Positions 30,793 through 42,364 of a stretch of DNA of 64,000 bases are shown here, piece after piece (positions within the stretch are counted from its first letter, which is position 1; each line of letters starts with the position of its first letter). The notes beneath the pieces were generated by a model that was given only the letters and a program-made list of their open reading frames with translations, ran no database searches and was not told the origin of the DNA. This DNA comes from an uncultured Actinomycetota bacterium (GTDB lineage Bacteria; Actinomycetota; Actinomycetes; Actinomycetales; Microbacteriaceae). Where the stretch lies: NCBI GenBank assembly GCA_963740165.1, contig CAVUDC010000005.1, positions 104,012 to 168,011 on the forward strand, in the 5' to 3' direction. Both the position numbers and the translations under genes were made by a program.

Positions 30793-32079
30793 GTGGCGCT
30801 GATCGTGCAGAAGTACGGTGGCTCGTCCGTCGCGGACGCAGAGAGCATCAAGCGCGTCGCCAAACGCATCGTCGATGCGCGGCGTGCCGGCGACGACGTG
30901 GTTGTCGCGGTCAGCGCGATGGGCGACACCACCGATGAGCTTCTGGACCTCGCCTCGCAGGTCGCGCCGATTCCCGCACCGCGCGAACTCGACATGCTGC
31001 TCTCGAGCGGTGAGCGCATCTCGATGGCGCTGCTCGCCATGGCGATCCACTCGATGGGCTTCGAGGCGCGATCGTTCACGGGCAGCCAGGCGGGAATGAT
31101 CACGGATGCCACGCACGGCGCCGCTCGCATCGTCGATGTCACTCCCGTGCGTCTGCGCGAGGCCCTCGACGAGGGAGCGATCGTCATCGTCGCCGGTTTC
31201 CAGGGCTTCAACCGCGACACCCGTGACATTACGACCCTCGGCCGCGGAGGTTCCGACACGACCGCGGTCGCCCTCGCTGCGGCGCTGAAGGCGGACGTGT
31301 GCGAGATCTACAGTGACGTCGACGGCATCTTCACGGCGGACCCGCGCATCGTTCCCCGCGCACGCAAGCTCAACACCGTCACGACGGAAGAGATGCTGGA
31401 ACTCGCGGCCAACGGTGCAAAGGTGCTGTACATCCGCGCCGTCGAGTACGCGCGTCGGCATGGCGTGCTCATCCACGCACGATCGACGTTCTCATCGTCC
31501 GAGGGCACCTATGTGCTCGACGAGAAGCGCCACGCGGCGCTGCAGCAGCAAGGAGATGGCATGGAAGAACCCATCGTCGCGGGTGTCGCGACCGACCTCG
31601 GCCAGGCCAAGATCACGGTCATCGGGGTTCCCGATGTGCCCGGCAAGGCGGCCGAGATCTTCAAGATCGTCGCCAAGTCCGGCGCGAACGTCGACATGAT
31701 CGTGCAGAACGTCTCCGCTGCGGCGACGGGCCGCGCCGACATCTCGTTCACGCTGCCCAAGGCGGATGCCTCGCTCGCGCTCAAGGCCCTCTCCGGGGAG
31801 CAGGGCTCCGTCGGTTTCGAGAGCCTCGTACACGACGATCAGATCGGCAAGCTCTCCGTGGTGGGGGCTGGGATGCGTACCCACTCGGGCGTCTCCGCGA
31901 CGCTGTTCGAGGCGCTGAGCGTACTCGGAGTCAACATCGAGATGATCTCGACCTCCGAGATCCGCATCTCGGTCGTCGTCCGTGCGGACGACCTCGCCGA
32001 GGCGGCGCGCGTCGTGCACAGCGCCTACGGGCTCGACGGCGAGATCGAGGCAACCGTGCACGCCGGCTCCGGCCGCTGA
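30793..32079 (+). CDS. ask: Aspartate kinase
   Basis: [23 protein letters not shown], two ACT domains. Confidence 0.97.
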   Translation: MALIVQKYGGSSVADAESIKRVAKRIVDARRAGDDVVVAVSAMGDTTDELLDLASQVAPIPAPRELDMLLSSGERISMALLAMAIHSMGFEARSFTGSQAGMITDATHGAARIVDVTPVRLREALDEGAIVIVAGFQGFNRDTRDITTLGRGGSDTTAVALAAALKADVCEIYSDVDGIFTADPRIVPRARKLNTVTTEEMLELAANGAKVLYIRAVEYARRHGVLIHARSTFSSSEGTYVLDEKRHAALQQQGDGMEEPIVAGVATDLGQAKITVIGVPDVPGKAAEIFKIVAKSGANVDMIVQNVSAAATGRADISFTLPKADASLALKALSGEQGSVGFESLVHDDQIGKLSVVGAGMRTHSGVSATLFEALSVLGVNIEMISTSEIRISVVVRADDLAEAARVVHSAYGLDGEIEATVHAGSGR

Positions 32080-32103
32080 CCCGCCCGCACCTTCCGCGAC
32101 CGC

Positions 32104-32239
32104 GTCCCACTTTTTGGGGCGTATGTCCCACTTCGGCCCGCTTCAGCGCACCTAAAGCGAGCCAAAGTGGGACATGGCAGGGCGTGATGTCCAGCTATTT
32201 TTCCGTCCCGAGGCCCATAGCAGTTGAAAGTGGGACATG
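32104..32239. repeat. Intergenic array of inverted GTCCCACTT/AAGTGGGAC repeats
   Basis: Copies at 32104, 32123 (forward) and 32164, 32227 (reverse). Confidence 0.8.
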
Positions 32240-32271
32240 CCGGGGAGGACGCCTCGGAAGCACCTCGGTAG

Positions 32272-33405
<1,134 letters not shown>

Positions 33406-33481
33406 TAAGAACCGTCGACTTTTCGCTATCGGCGATGCCCTGACGTCCGAGCGTCCGGACCCACAGAACTAGACTTGTCCG

Positions 33482-34960
33482 GTGAGCGAAACAGTCGACG
33501 TCGTGCTCATCGGTGGCGGCATCATGAGCGCCACCCTGGGCACCCTCCTGCATCAACTCGAACCGGACTGGAAGATCGTTCTGGTCGAACGACTCTCGGA
33601 TGTCGCGCTCGAAAGTTCGAACGCGTGGAACAACGCGGGCACCGGCCACGCGGCCCTCTGCGAGCTCAACTACATGCCGCAGGCGTCCGACGGATCCGTC
33701 GACCCCGCCAAGGCCGTCTCGATCAACGAGCAGTTCCAGCAGAGCCGTCAGTTCTGGGCGAACCTCGTCGAGCGCGGTGTGCTGAGCGAGCCGAAGACAT
33801 TCATCAACGCCACACCGCACATGACTTTCGTGCGCGGCGAGAAGGATGTCGAGTACCTGCGCCGCCGCTACGAGGCTCTCAGAACGCAGCCCCTGTTCGC
33901 GGGCATCGAATACAGCGAAGACTCTCGCGTGATCAACCAATGGGCACCGCTGTTGATGCAGAAGCGCCGGAAGAGCGACGAGCCCTTCGCAGCGACGCGC
34001 GTTCCCGCGGGCACGGACGTCGATTTCGGTGCGCTCACCCACCAGCTGATCGATCATCTGCGTGACGACGGAGTCGAGGTCATCACCGACCGCGAGGTCC
34101 GCAATCTGAAGCGTCAGAAGGACGGGACGTGGCTCGTCAAGACCCGCAACCGGTTGGGGCGAACGCCCGGCGAGATCAACGCGAAGTTCGTCTTCGTGGG
34201 TGCGGGCGGGTGGGCGCTCAAGCTCCTCCAGCGTTCGGGTATCCCCGAGATCTCCGGCTACGGCGTCTTTCCGATCGGCGGGCAGTGGCTCAAGACCTCC
34301 AACCCCGAGCTGATCGCCCAGCACCGTGCCAAGGTGTACTCCCAGGCATCCGTCGGCGCACCGCCCATGTCGGTTCCGCACCTCGACACACGCGTCGTGG
34401 ACGGCGAGGCATCCCTGATGTTCGGTCCGTTCGCGACGTTCAGCCCGAAGTTTCTCAAGAACGGTTCCGTGTTCGATCTGGTGACGCAGATCCGGCCGGC
34501 GAATCTGCTGCCGATGCTGAAGGTCGCTGTCGATAACCCCGGTCTCTTGAAGTACCTGATCGCCGAGCTGCTGAAGAACCATGGCAAGAAGATGGATTCG
34601 CTGCGCGAGTTCGTGCCGACGGCAAAGGACGAGGACTGGCAGCTGCTGAACGCCGGCCAGCGCGCTCAGGTCATGAAGAAGGACCCGAAGAAGATCGGCG
34701 TGCTGCAGTTCGGCACGGAGGTCGTCGCGGCGAAGGATGGTTCGATCGCCGGTCTGCTCGGAGCGTCGCCGGGTGCATCCACCGCCGTCTCCATCATGCT
34801 CGGGCTGTTGCAGACCTGCTTCCCCGACCGCATCGATCAGTGGAAACCGGAGCTTCGCGAGCTGATTCCCAGCTACGGCGAGACGCTGAACACCCGTCCC
34901 GATGTCGCGCGGGTCACGATCGAAGAGACCGCGGCGGCGCTCGCCATCACGGCCGTCTGA
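33482..34960 (+). CDS. mqo: Malate:quinone oxidoreductase
   Basis: IGGGIMSATL, NNAGTGH...CELNY, PPMSVPHLD, AGQRAQ, LLGASPGAST. Confidence 0.96.
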   Translation: MSETVDVVLIGGGIMSATLGTLLHQLEPDWKIVLVERLSDVALESSNAWNNAGTGHAALCELNYMPQASDGSVDPAKAVSINEQFQQSRQFWANLVERGVLSEPKTFINATPHMTFVRGEKDVEYLRRRYEALRTQPLFAGIEYSEDSRVINQWAPLLMQKRRKSDEPFAATRVPAGTDVDFGALTHQLIDHLRDDGVEVITDREVRNLKRQKDGTWLVKTRNRLGRTPGEINAKFVFVGAGGWALKLLQRSGIPEISGYGVFPIGGQWLKTSNPELIAQHRAKVYSQASVGAPPMSVPHLDTRVVDGEASLMFGPFATFSPKFLKNGSVFDLVTQIRPANLLPMLKVAVDNPGLLKYLIAELLKNHGKKMDSLREFVPTAKDEDWQLLNAGQRAQVMKKDPKKIGVLQFGTEVVAAKDGSIAGLLGASPGASTAVSIMLGLLQTCFPDRIDQWKPELRELIPSYGETLNTRPDVARVTIEETAAALAITAV

Positions 34961-34994
34961 TCTGGCTCCGACCCAGCTTCCGTAGACTCTGCGC

Positions 34995-35621
34995 GTGGCA
35001 AAACTGTACTTCCGCTATGGCGCGATGAACTCCGGCAAGTCGACCGCGCTCTTGCAAGCCGCGTACAACTACGAAGAGCGCGGCCAGCGGGTGCTGCTCG
35101 CCAAACCGGCGATCGACACGAAGGCCGACGACCAGATCGCGTCGCGCCTGGGGGTTTCGCGAACCGTCGATTTTCTCATCGAGCCCGAAGCCGATGCGGG
35201 TGGGCTGTTCCGTGCGGAGCGCGAGCGCTCGCGTGCCGGGACGGGTGTGGATGTCTCGTGCCTCCTGATCGACGAGGCCCAGTTCCTGACGCCCCGCCAG
35301 GTCGACGACCTGTTCCGCATCGCGATACACGATGACATCCCCGTTCTCGCCTACGGCATCCGATCCGACTTCCTGACGGCCGCGTTCCCCGGTTCGCGAC
35401 GATTGCTCGAGATCGCCCATACCCTCGAAGAGTTGAAGACGATCTGCCGCTGCGGTCGGAAGGCGGTGTTCAACGGGCGGGTCATCGACGGTCGGTTCGT
35501 GTTCGACGGCGACCAGGTCGCGATCGACGAGGCCGGCGAACGCGCGGAGCATGTCGTGACGTACGAATCGCTCTGCGGTGCCTGCTATCTAGAGGAGTCG
35601 GGCGACCGGCTCAGCAGGTAG
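34995..35621 (+). CDS. tdk: Thymidine kinase
   Basis: GAMNSGKST, DEAQFL, YGIRSDF, CRCG, YESLC. Confidence 0.95.
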   Translation: MAKLYFRYGAMNSGKSTALLQAAYNYEERGQRVLLAKPAIDTKADDQIASRLGVSRTVDFLIEPEADAGGLFRAERERSRAGTGVDVSCLLIDEAQFLTPRQVDDLFRIAIHDDIPVLAYGIRSDFLTAAFPGSRRLLEIAHTLEELKTICRCGRKAVFNGRVIDGRFVFDGDQVAIDEAGERAEHVVTYESLCGACYLEESGDRLSR

Positions 35622-35660
35622 CGGCAATGGACGACGCGCCGCCCGGTTTAGGCTGAGAGC

Positions 35661-36677
35661 ATGCGTGTTCTTCTCGCCGGCGGTGCCGGTTATATCGGTG
35701 CCCACACGGCCGTCGCACTGCTCGATGGCGGACACGAGGTCGTCCTGCTCGACGACCTCTCGGGCACCCACGCCGAGGCGGCTGCGCGCGTCGAGAAGAT
35801 CACCGGGTGCCCCGCGCCGCTCGTGATCGGCGACGCCGCCGATGACGCGGTTGTCGAGCGTGCCTTCGACGAGTTCGGTCCCTTCGACGCGATCCTGCAG
35901 TTCGCGGCACACAAGGCGGTCGGCGAATCGACGCAGAAGCCGCTGCAGTACTACGCCAACAACCTGGGCACGACCTTCGCGCTGCTGCGGGTGGGGCTGG
36001 CCCGAGGCATCCGCTCCTTCGTCTTCTCGAGCACCGGTACCGTCTACTCCGAGCCGGAGGACCTGCCGTTCCGCGAGACGTCCCGTACGAGCATCGATCT
36101 CTCGAACCCGTACTCGAAATCGAAGCGGATGAATGAGGTCGTCCTCGAGGACGTGGCCCGGGTCAACCCCGAACTCGACGTCACGGTGCTGCGGTACTTC
36201 AACCCGGTCGGTGCGCACGAGAGCGGGCTGATCGGCGAGGACCCGGCGGGCATCCCGAACAACCTCATGCCGTATGTCTCGCGCGTCGCGATCGGTTCGC
36301 TCGAGCGCATCGGCGTATTCGGGAACGACTACGACACACCCGACGGCACGGGCCTGCGGGACTACATCCACGTCGTCGATCTCGCCGAGGGGCACGTCGC
36401 GGCGCTCGAGCAGGCGAAGCCCGGATACGCGGTCTACAACCTGGGGACCGGCGAGCCGGTCAGCGTGCTCGGCCTGATCGCCGCCTTCGAGAAGGCTGTC
36501 GGACACGAGTTGCCCAAGGAGTTTCTCGACCGGCGACCCGGCGATGTCGCGGCAACGTACTGCGACCCCGCCAAGGCGGCCGACGAGCTCGGCTGGACCA
36601 CGCGGCTCTCGATCGACGACGCCTGTCGTGACTACTGGCGCTGGCAGCAGCAGAACCCGCAGGGCTACGCCTCTTAG
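35661..36677 (+). CDS. galE: UDP-glucose 4-epimerase
   Basis: GGAGYIG, KAVGES, YSKSK, LRYFNPVGAH, RDYIHV. Confidence 0.95.
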   Translation: MRVLLAGGAGYIGAHTAVALLDGGHEVVLLDDLSGTHAEAAARVEKITGCPAPLVIGDAADDAVVERAFDEFGPFDAILQFAAHKAVGESTQKPLQYYANNLGTTFALLRVGLARGIRSFVFSSTGTVYSEPEDLPFRETSRTSIDLSNPYSKSKRMNEVVLEDVARVNPELDVTVLRYFNPVGAHESGLIGEDPAGIPNNLMPYVSRVAIGSLERIGVFGNDYDTPDGTGLRDYIHVVDLAEGHVAALEQAKPGYAVYNLGTGEPVSVLGLIAAFEKAVGHELPKEFLDRRPGDVAATYCDPAKAADELGWTTRLSIDDACRDYWRWQQQNPQGYAS

Positions 36678-36686
36678 CGCTTGCGT

Positions 36687-36719
36687 CGTTTCGTCTCGCT
36701 ACGCTCGCTCAACGACCGG
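36687..36719. repeat. REP-like element CGTTTCGTCTCGCTACGCTCGCTCAACGACCGG between convergent genes
   Basis: Resembles, from memory, a dispersed repeat of Microbacteriaceae genomes; only one copy noticed here. Confidence 0.45.
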
Positions 36720-37544
36720 GGCGCTCCTGCGAGGGGGCAGTGGCACGAGCATTGACGTCGACTTCTGATACTCGGCGTACGCCGGATACTTGCTCGACGT
36801 GATTGCCTCGGTGAAGATCGTCGAGCCGATGAACAATACCGTCAAGAGGACGGCCCCGATGATCGACCAATTGATCACGCCGCCCCAGAAGCCGAGTCCC
36901 GCTGCTACTGCTGCGGTCGCGCCGATCGCATAGAACGCCCACCATTGGGCCTGTTCGAAGAAGAAGTTCGGGTGCCGGCTGAAGCGGAAGAGCCCTGTGG
37001 TGAGGAATCCCTCGCCGAGTTGACCGCCCGCCCGGGCCTTGGCGCGATGGAAGTTCCACTGCTGCTGGTCCGCAACGGTCTCGCCGAGCAGCAGCACGAG
37101 AAAAAGGATGGCGAACGCTGCGTCCCACGCTCCGAGAGGCGCGTCGTACTGCCATGCGACCTGGGCGGGCAGGGTGATCAGCACCAGAAGGGCGTTCTGG
37201 TACAGCACGATGAAGAACAGGTTGAACAGCTGGAACTGCCAGGGCTTCATGCGTCCGCGCAGAATCGCCCAGCGGTAGTCCTCCATGCCGGAGTATCCGC
37301 CCTTGCGGGCGAAGTTGAACGTCAAGCGGGCACCCCACGCCGTGACGAGCGCGGCCATGACAACGAGGCGCGACGCATCTTTACCCTCGGCCAGCGCGGC
37401 ACCCGCGAAGATCCAGACATACGCGATCGGCACGATCGACCAGATGCGGTCGACCCACGAGGTGTCCTTCGTGATCAGCGACAGGATCCAGCAGGCGGCG
37501 CTGACAGCGGCGGCGACGATGACGACGAGAATGAGCGGTTCCAC
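36699..37544 (-). CDS. DUF1295 membrane protein (steroid 5-alpha-reductase-like)
   Basis: SWVDRIWS, WGARLT, EDYRW, ETVADQQQ, SRHPNFF. Confidence 0.88.
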   Translation of the reverse strand: MEPLILVVIVAAAVSAACWILSLITKDTSWVDRIWSIVPIAYVWIFAGAALAEGKDASRLVVMAALVTAWGARLTFNFARKGGYSGMEDYRWAILRGRMKPWQFQLFNLFFIVLYQNALLVLITLPAQVAWQYDAPLGAWDAAFAILFLVLLLGETVADQQQWNFHRAKARAGGQLGEGFLTTGLFRFSRHPNFFFEQAQWWAFYAIGATAAVAAGLGFWGGVINWSIIGAVLLTVLFIGSTIFTEAITSSKYPAYAEYQKSTSMLVPLPPRRSAPVVERA

Positions 37545-37563
37545 GGCGTCAGCATAGCTCCGG

Positions 37564-38344
37564 CTACCGAATCGGTAGCGTCGGAAGGAGCGCGTCGAGG
37601 TACTCGACTGTCTCTTCCCACCCGTCGACCGCGTGGCAGGGTACTCCGAGCGCGAGCACGGGGTAGTCGTTGCCATCCGGGTCGAGCCGATCGCCGACGA
37701 AGAGCATCTCACCGAGGGGGATGCCGGTGTGCTCGGCGAGCCGCGTCATCGCCATAGGCCTTGTCGATGCCGCGGTGTGTGATGTCGACCGACGTCGAAC
37801 CGCCCGATCGCACCTCGAGGTCGGGAATGCGGGCGGCGACAGCGTCGCGGAGGGCGGACTTGCGGGATCCCGTCGGGTCCCAAGCGACCTTCGCCTCGAG
37901 AGGCGCTCGCTGACCGAGGGCGGAGAAGGTGATCTGCGATCCGCGATCTTCGAGGATGTCGCCCCACGGCTGCGACTCCCACAGTCCGAGTCGTCGGGCC
38001 TCGTCCTCGACGGCCGAGATGGCGCGCGTCTTCTCGTCATCGGTGAGGGAGTGCGCGTAGATCGTGTCGATCTGGCCGCTCGCGTCGAACCGGTAGTACT
38101 GGGTGCCGCAGGTGGGCATCAGGTGCATGTGCGCGAGTGCTTCGCGCGAAGCATTCGGAAGACGTTCAACGACCTGGCTGCGGAACTGGCCGAGTTGACC
38201 GCCGGAGATGATCGCGACCTCGACACGCTCGGCGAGAGCGAGAAGATGTACGCCGATCGCGTCCGGGATCGGGCTCTTCGAGGGAGCGAGCGTGTCGTCC
38301 AGGTCGAAAGCGACGAGTCGGATCTTCGCGATTGCGTCGGTCAT
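37564..38344 (-). CDS. HAD-IIB hydrolase (phosphomannomutase-like); +1 frameshift near 37750
   Basis: FDLDDTL, EDRGSQITF, GGSTSVD; FVGDRLDPDGNDYP tail in another frame. Confidence 0.85.
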
Positions 38345-38380
38345 CGTGCTCCAGGTTCGATTCGGGAGAGGAACGAAGAA

Positions 38381-38405
38381 GGAGGGTCGCCCGTGGCGAC
38401 CCTCC
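38381..38405 (-). terminator. Hairpin terminator downstream of tRNA-Pro
   Basis: GGAGGGTCGCC-N3-GGCGACCCTCC followed by TTCTTC on the minus strand. Confidence 0.7.
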
Positions 38406-38412
38406 TCATCTG

Positions 38413-38486
38413 TCGGGGTGACAGGATTTGAACCTGCGGCCTCGTCGTCCCGAACGACGCGCGCTACCAAGCTGCGCCACACCCCG
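38413..38486 (-). tRNA. tRNA-Pro(CGG)
   Basis: CGGGGTG acceptor, CGTCG-TTCGGGA-CGACG anticodon arm, GGTTCAAATCC T-loop. Confidence 0.96.
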
Positions 38487-38534
38487 TGGCAACCCTCCGA
38501 GTCTACCCGAACTCCCCGCTTCGCCCGAACCGTG

Positions 38535-39470
38535 TCACACGCGAGCGATCAAGGTCACCAGGGTGGCCTCGGGTCGGCAGGCGAACCGAACCGGAGCGTA
38601 GATCGAATGGCCGAGTCCAGCGCTCACGTTCAGAGGCACCTTGCGGCCGCCGCGTGCCCACGTGGAGAGGCCCCGTGCTTGCTTCAGGGGGACGTCGCAG
38701 TTGGCGACGAGCGCTCCGAAACCCGGAAGGCGCACTTGGCCGCCGTGGGTGTGGCCCGCGAAGATCGCCTCCGCTCCGCCATCCGTGAAGGTGTCCAGGA
38801 CTCGTCGGTAGGGCGCGTGTGTCACGCCGATCGTGAGAACGCCCGACGTGGTTCCCTCTTCGCACAGGCTCTCGATCATCCCCGGGACGAGATCGAGGCG
38901 GTCGTCGTCGTGGTGGGCGTCGCCCACGCCGAATCCGTTGATCCGGAGGCCCGCCACATCGACTGCCCCGAACGTGTTGTTGAGATTCGTCCAGCCCAGG
39001 TTCTCCGTGAAGTAATGCTCCATGGCCGTGACATCGAGTCGCGGTGGGTTCTGCTTCCGGCGCGACGGGCCGAGAAAGTAGCGGAGGGGATTGCGGGGTG
39101 TGGGGCCGAAGCTGTCATTCGAGCCGTGCACAAAAAAGCCCGGCGTGCCGCGGAAGCCGGCGAAGGCCGCGCGCACACCGCGCAGCCCGTCGGTGTGGCC
39201 CATGTTGTCGCCCGTATTGACGATCAGGTCGGGTCGGAGGGACGCGAGTGAGGCTATCCACGCCTGCTTGCGACGCTGCCACGGGGCCATGTGGACGTCT
39301 GAGATGTGCAGCACACGGACGGGTGTCGAGCCCGCGGGCAGGATGGCCAGTTCGACCCGCCGGAGCGTGAACAGATACCGCTCGACGCCGATACCCCAGA
39401 CCGCCGCGGCAGCGCCGAGCGCGCCCGCGGCTGCCAGGGCGCGCAGGCCCTGACGGGAACGCGGGGTCAC
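38535..39470 (-). CDS. Calcineurin-like metallophosphoesterase
   Basis: SDVH, TGD, GSND, THAP, GHTHGGQ motifs. Confidence 0.9.
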   Translation of the reverse strand: MTPRSRQGLRALAAAGALGAAAAVWGIGVERYLFTLRRVELAILPAGSTPVRVLHISDVHMAPWQRRKQAWIASLASLRPDLIVNTGDNMGHTDGLRGVRAAFAGFRGTPGFFVHGSNDSFGPTPRNPLRYFLGPSRRKQNPPRLDVTAMEHYFTENLGWTNLNNTFGAVDVAGLRINGFGVGDAHHDDDRLDLVPGMIESLCEEGTTSGVLTIGVTHAPYRRVLDTFTDGGAEAIFAGHTHGGQVRLPGFGALVANCDVPLKQARGLSTWARGGRKVPLNVSAGLGHSIYAPVRFACRPEATLVTLIARV

Positions 39471-42040
39471 GAGCAGGTGTCGCGCTCGAAGGTGATCGCC
39501 AGTTGCGCGTTGCGGTTCACGATCGAGCCCGCGCCGGGGGCGACCGAGGTGACGACGCCGGGTCCCGTGGCCCCTTCCTTCACGACACACGTCTCCGCGG
39601 GGTTGCGTCCGAACGTGCCACGGATGCTGTCAACCGCCTGCTGGCGATTCATGCCCACGACGTTCGGCACGGCGACGCCTTCGCCATTGCTCGGCGAGAT
39701 CGTCACGGTCGTACCGCCGCTCACGCGGCCGGCTCCGGGATTCTGGCTTTCCACGGTTCCGGCGGCTTGCGTGCTGGTGACAGCGTCACCGACGACCACC
39801 GAGAACCCGGCTGCCTCGAGCGTTGCGACGGCCTGGTCGACCGACTGGCCGACGACGTTCGGTAGATCGATCAACACCTGCCTCGTGAGGTTCGAGTCGG
39901 GTGTCGCGAAGCGGTCGCCGCCATACTTGGCGTTCGCGGCGCCCTGCATGTCGGGCCAGATCGAATGGCGCATGCGCCAGAGGGAGTAGCCGTTTGCCGA
40001 ATTGCGGTCGAGGCGCTGCTGTCCCTTGACGTTTCCCACCCAGACGACGGTCGTCACTTTGGTGCTGCTGCCGTCCATCCATGTCTGGTATTGCTCGTGG
40101 ATACCGGTCTTGCCGAATACCGGGACGCCGTCGCCGATTCGGGAGGATGCAGCCGAACCGCCGTTGATGACACCCTCCAGCGCGAATGCTGCTGTCGACG
40201 CGACGGATTCGTCGAGGACGCGGTTGCAGGTCGTATCGGGGAGAGGAAGTGCCTCTCCGTCCGAGTTGTAGACCGCATCGATTGCCTTCGGGGGGCAGTA
40301 GACGCCGTTGCTCGCGATGGTCGCGTACGCGGCCGCCATGTCGATGGGGGCGATGTTCTTCGAGCCGAGGATGTCATACGGCACGTTGACGGCTTCGCTG
40401 ATGCTCTCGTTGCCGATGTACGTCTTGTAACCGTTCGCGTACTCGACGCCGAGACGGTCGGCGATCTTGTTGGTGTCGCAGACGCTGACCTTCTCGCTCA
40501 TTGCGAGGAAGCCCGTGTTGAGCGAGTCGGCGGTGAACTTCATCGGGGTGCCGTTGTAGCCGCCCACCCCCTCGAAGTTCTTCACCTCGCCGGAAGAAAC
40601 GCGCTGAGTGCCGCCGTCGCAGTCGGTCAACACCGTGAAGTTCCGCTGGCGGCCGTTGATGACCTCGTTGACGGAATGGCCGTGTTCGAGCCAGTTCAGC
40701 AGGGTGAAGAGCTTGTAGGTCGAGCCCGGGTTGAAGCCGTTCGATCCACCGTTGACGTAACGGGTGTTGTAGTTGATCGAGGTGTACGACGCGTCAGCCG
40801 CCGACTGGTCCGCATCCTGCGTGTACTTGCGATTCTGCACCATCGACAACACACGCCCGGTGCCAACTTCGAGCTGCACGCCCGTTGAGCCGAGGTCGAG
40901 GTTGGGGTGAGTCGCCGGGACGATCGAGATGGCCTGCTCTGCGGCCGCCTGAAGATCCAGGTCGAGGGTCGTGTAGATCTTGAGTCCACCGCGGCGAAGA
41001 GCGTTGCTTCGATCATCAGCGGTCTCTCCGAACGCGACATCGTTGAGCACGATCGTTCGGACATAGTCGCAGAAGTACGCGGACCCGCCCGCCTGCTGGC
41101 AGCCTTGTACAGTCGGGTTGATGTTGGGGGTGATGACCTCGGCCTTGGCCGCGTCGTACTGCTCCTGGGTGATCTTGCCCTCGGTGAGCATCTGACGCAG
41201 GACATAGTTGCGACGATCCGTCGTGTCGACGTAGCCGTCCGCGGCACCGTTGCGCTCGCGCTCGGGCTTGTCGATGCGGTAGGTGTTCGGGTTCTGCACC
41301 ATGCCCGCGAGGGTCGCGGCCTGCGAAAGTGTCAGGTCGGACGCGTTGACCCCGAAGTAATATTGCGCCGCAGCCCCCACACCGATGTTGAGCCCCCCGA
41401 AGTTGGCGATGTTCAGGTATCCGAGCAGAACGTCGTTCTTGGAGTAGCGCTGCTCAAGGGCGATTGCGTAGCGCATCTCCTGGATCTTGCGCTGATATCC
41501 CTCAACGCCCACGCTTCTCGTGGCGTCATCCCAGCACGCCAGAAGCTCCTCTTGCGTGGGTGCTTCCTTCTCGCACCTCTGCACCAGGACGTTCTTGACG
41601 TACTGCTGGCTGATCGAGGATCCACCCTGCGTTTGGCCTCCCTGCGCGTTGCTGAGCAGCGCGCGGGTGGTGCCGATGAGGTCGACTCCGCCGTGTTCGT
41701 AGTAACGGGGGTCTTCGCTCGAGAGAATCGCGTCGTACATGACGGGCGCAATCTGCTCATAAGTGACGGGCACGCGGTTCTGGTCGTAGAAGCGGGCAAG
41801 TAACACTTCGCTGCCGTCGCTCTGCTTCGCGTAGATCTCGCTCTGCTGCATCAGATCGTCGATCTCGAGGTAGCTCGGCATGTTGTCGAACATCGTGATC
41901 GCGCTCGACGCTGCGGCGCCCGATACGGCGATGGCCGGCGTAACGGTGGCGGTCACCAAGAGGCCAGCGACTGCGCTCAGGCCTACGAGGCCGGCGAGTC
42001 CGCCGAGCACGCCCGTAGCCGTCCGATTCTTATCAGGCAT
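39467..42040 (-). CDS. Class A penicillin-binding protein with two PASTA domains
   Basis: EDPRYYEHGG, GGSSISQQYVK transglycosylase; STYK, SLN, KTG transpeptidase; PNVVG PASTA repeats. Confidence 0.93.
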   Translation of the reverse strand: MPDKNRTATGVLGGLAGLVGLSAVAGLLVTATVTPAIAVSGAAASSAITMFDNMPSYLEIDDLMQQSEIYAKQSDGSEVLLARFYDQNRVPVTYEQIAPVMYDAILSSEDPRYYEHGGVDLIGTTRALLSNAQGGQTQGGSSISQQYVKNVLVQRCEKEAPTQEELLACWDDATRSVGVEGYQRKIQEMRYAIALEQRYSKNDVLLGYLNIANFGGLNIGVGAAAQYYFGVNASDLTLSQAATLAGMVQNPNTYRIDKPERERNGAADGYVDTTDRRNYVLRQMLTEGKITQEQYDAAKAEVITPNINPTVQGCQQAGGSAYFCDYVRTIVLNDVAFGETADDRSNALRRGGLKIYTTLDLDLQAAAEQAISIVPATHPNLDLGSTGVQLEVGTGRVLSMVQNRKYTQDADQSAADASYTSINYNTRYVNGGSNGFNPGSTYKLFTLLNWLEHGHSVNEVINGRQRNFTVLTDCDGGTQRVSSGEVKNFEGVGGYNGTPMKFTADSLNTGFLAMSEKVSVCDTNKIADRLGVEYANGYKTYIGNESISEAVNVPYDILGSKNIAPIDMAAAYATIASNGVYCPPKAIDAVYNSDGEALPLPDTTCNRVLDESVASTAAFALEGVINGGSAASSRIGDGVPVFGKTGIHEQYQTWMDGSSTKVTTVVWVGNVKGQQRLDRNSANGYSLWRMRHSIWPDMQGAANAKYGGDRFATPDSNLTRQVLIDLPNVVGQSVDQAVATLEAAGFSVVVGDAVTSTQAAGTVESQNPGAGRVSGGTTVTISPSNGEGVAVPNVVGMNRQQAVDSIRGTFGRNPAETCVVKEGATGPGVVTSVAPGAGSIVNRNAQLAITFERDTCS

Positions 42041-42138
42041 AGGGTTGATCGTAAGGGAGTTAGCTGAGCGATGACCGAAACACCTCGCGCGTGCCTCCCG
42101 TTCGGAAACGATCCGACCACCGCGATCTCGGGAGTGCG

Positions 42139-42360
42139 ATGACCACCTGGGAGTACCTGACTACTCCGCTGCTGATTCACAACACGGCAGCGATTCTGAA
42201 CAACTGGGGCAAGCAGGGCTGGGAGCTGGTGCAGGTCGTCGCCGGGCCCGAGGGTGGCCTCGTTGCGTACCTCAAGCGTCCCGTCGGAGGATCGGATGCC
42301 TCGGGCAACGCCGGCCTTGCCGCCGCGGCCGAAGCCTCCCGCCAATTCGAAGGACAGTGA
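42139..42360 (+). CDS. DUF4177-like small protein
   Basis: WEYLT...ILNNWGKQGWELVQV...AYLKRP; GGAG RBS. Confidence 0.8.
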   Translation: MTTWEYLTTPLLIHNTAAILNNWGKQGWELVQVVAGPEGGLVAYLKRPVGGSDASGNAGLAAAAEASRQFEGQ

Positions 42361-42364
42361 CTCC

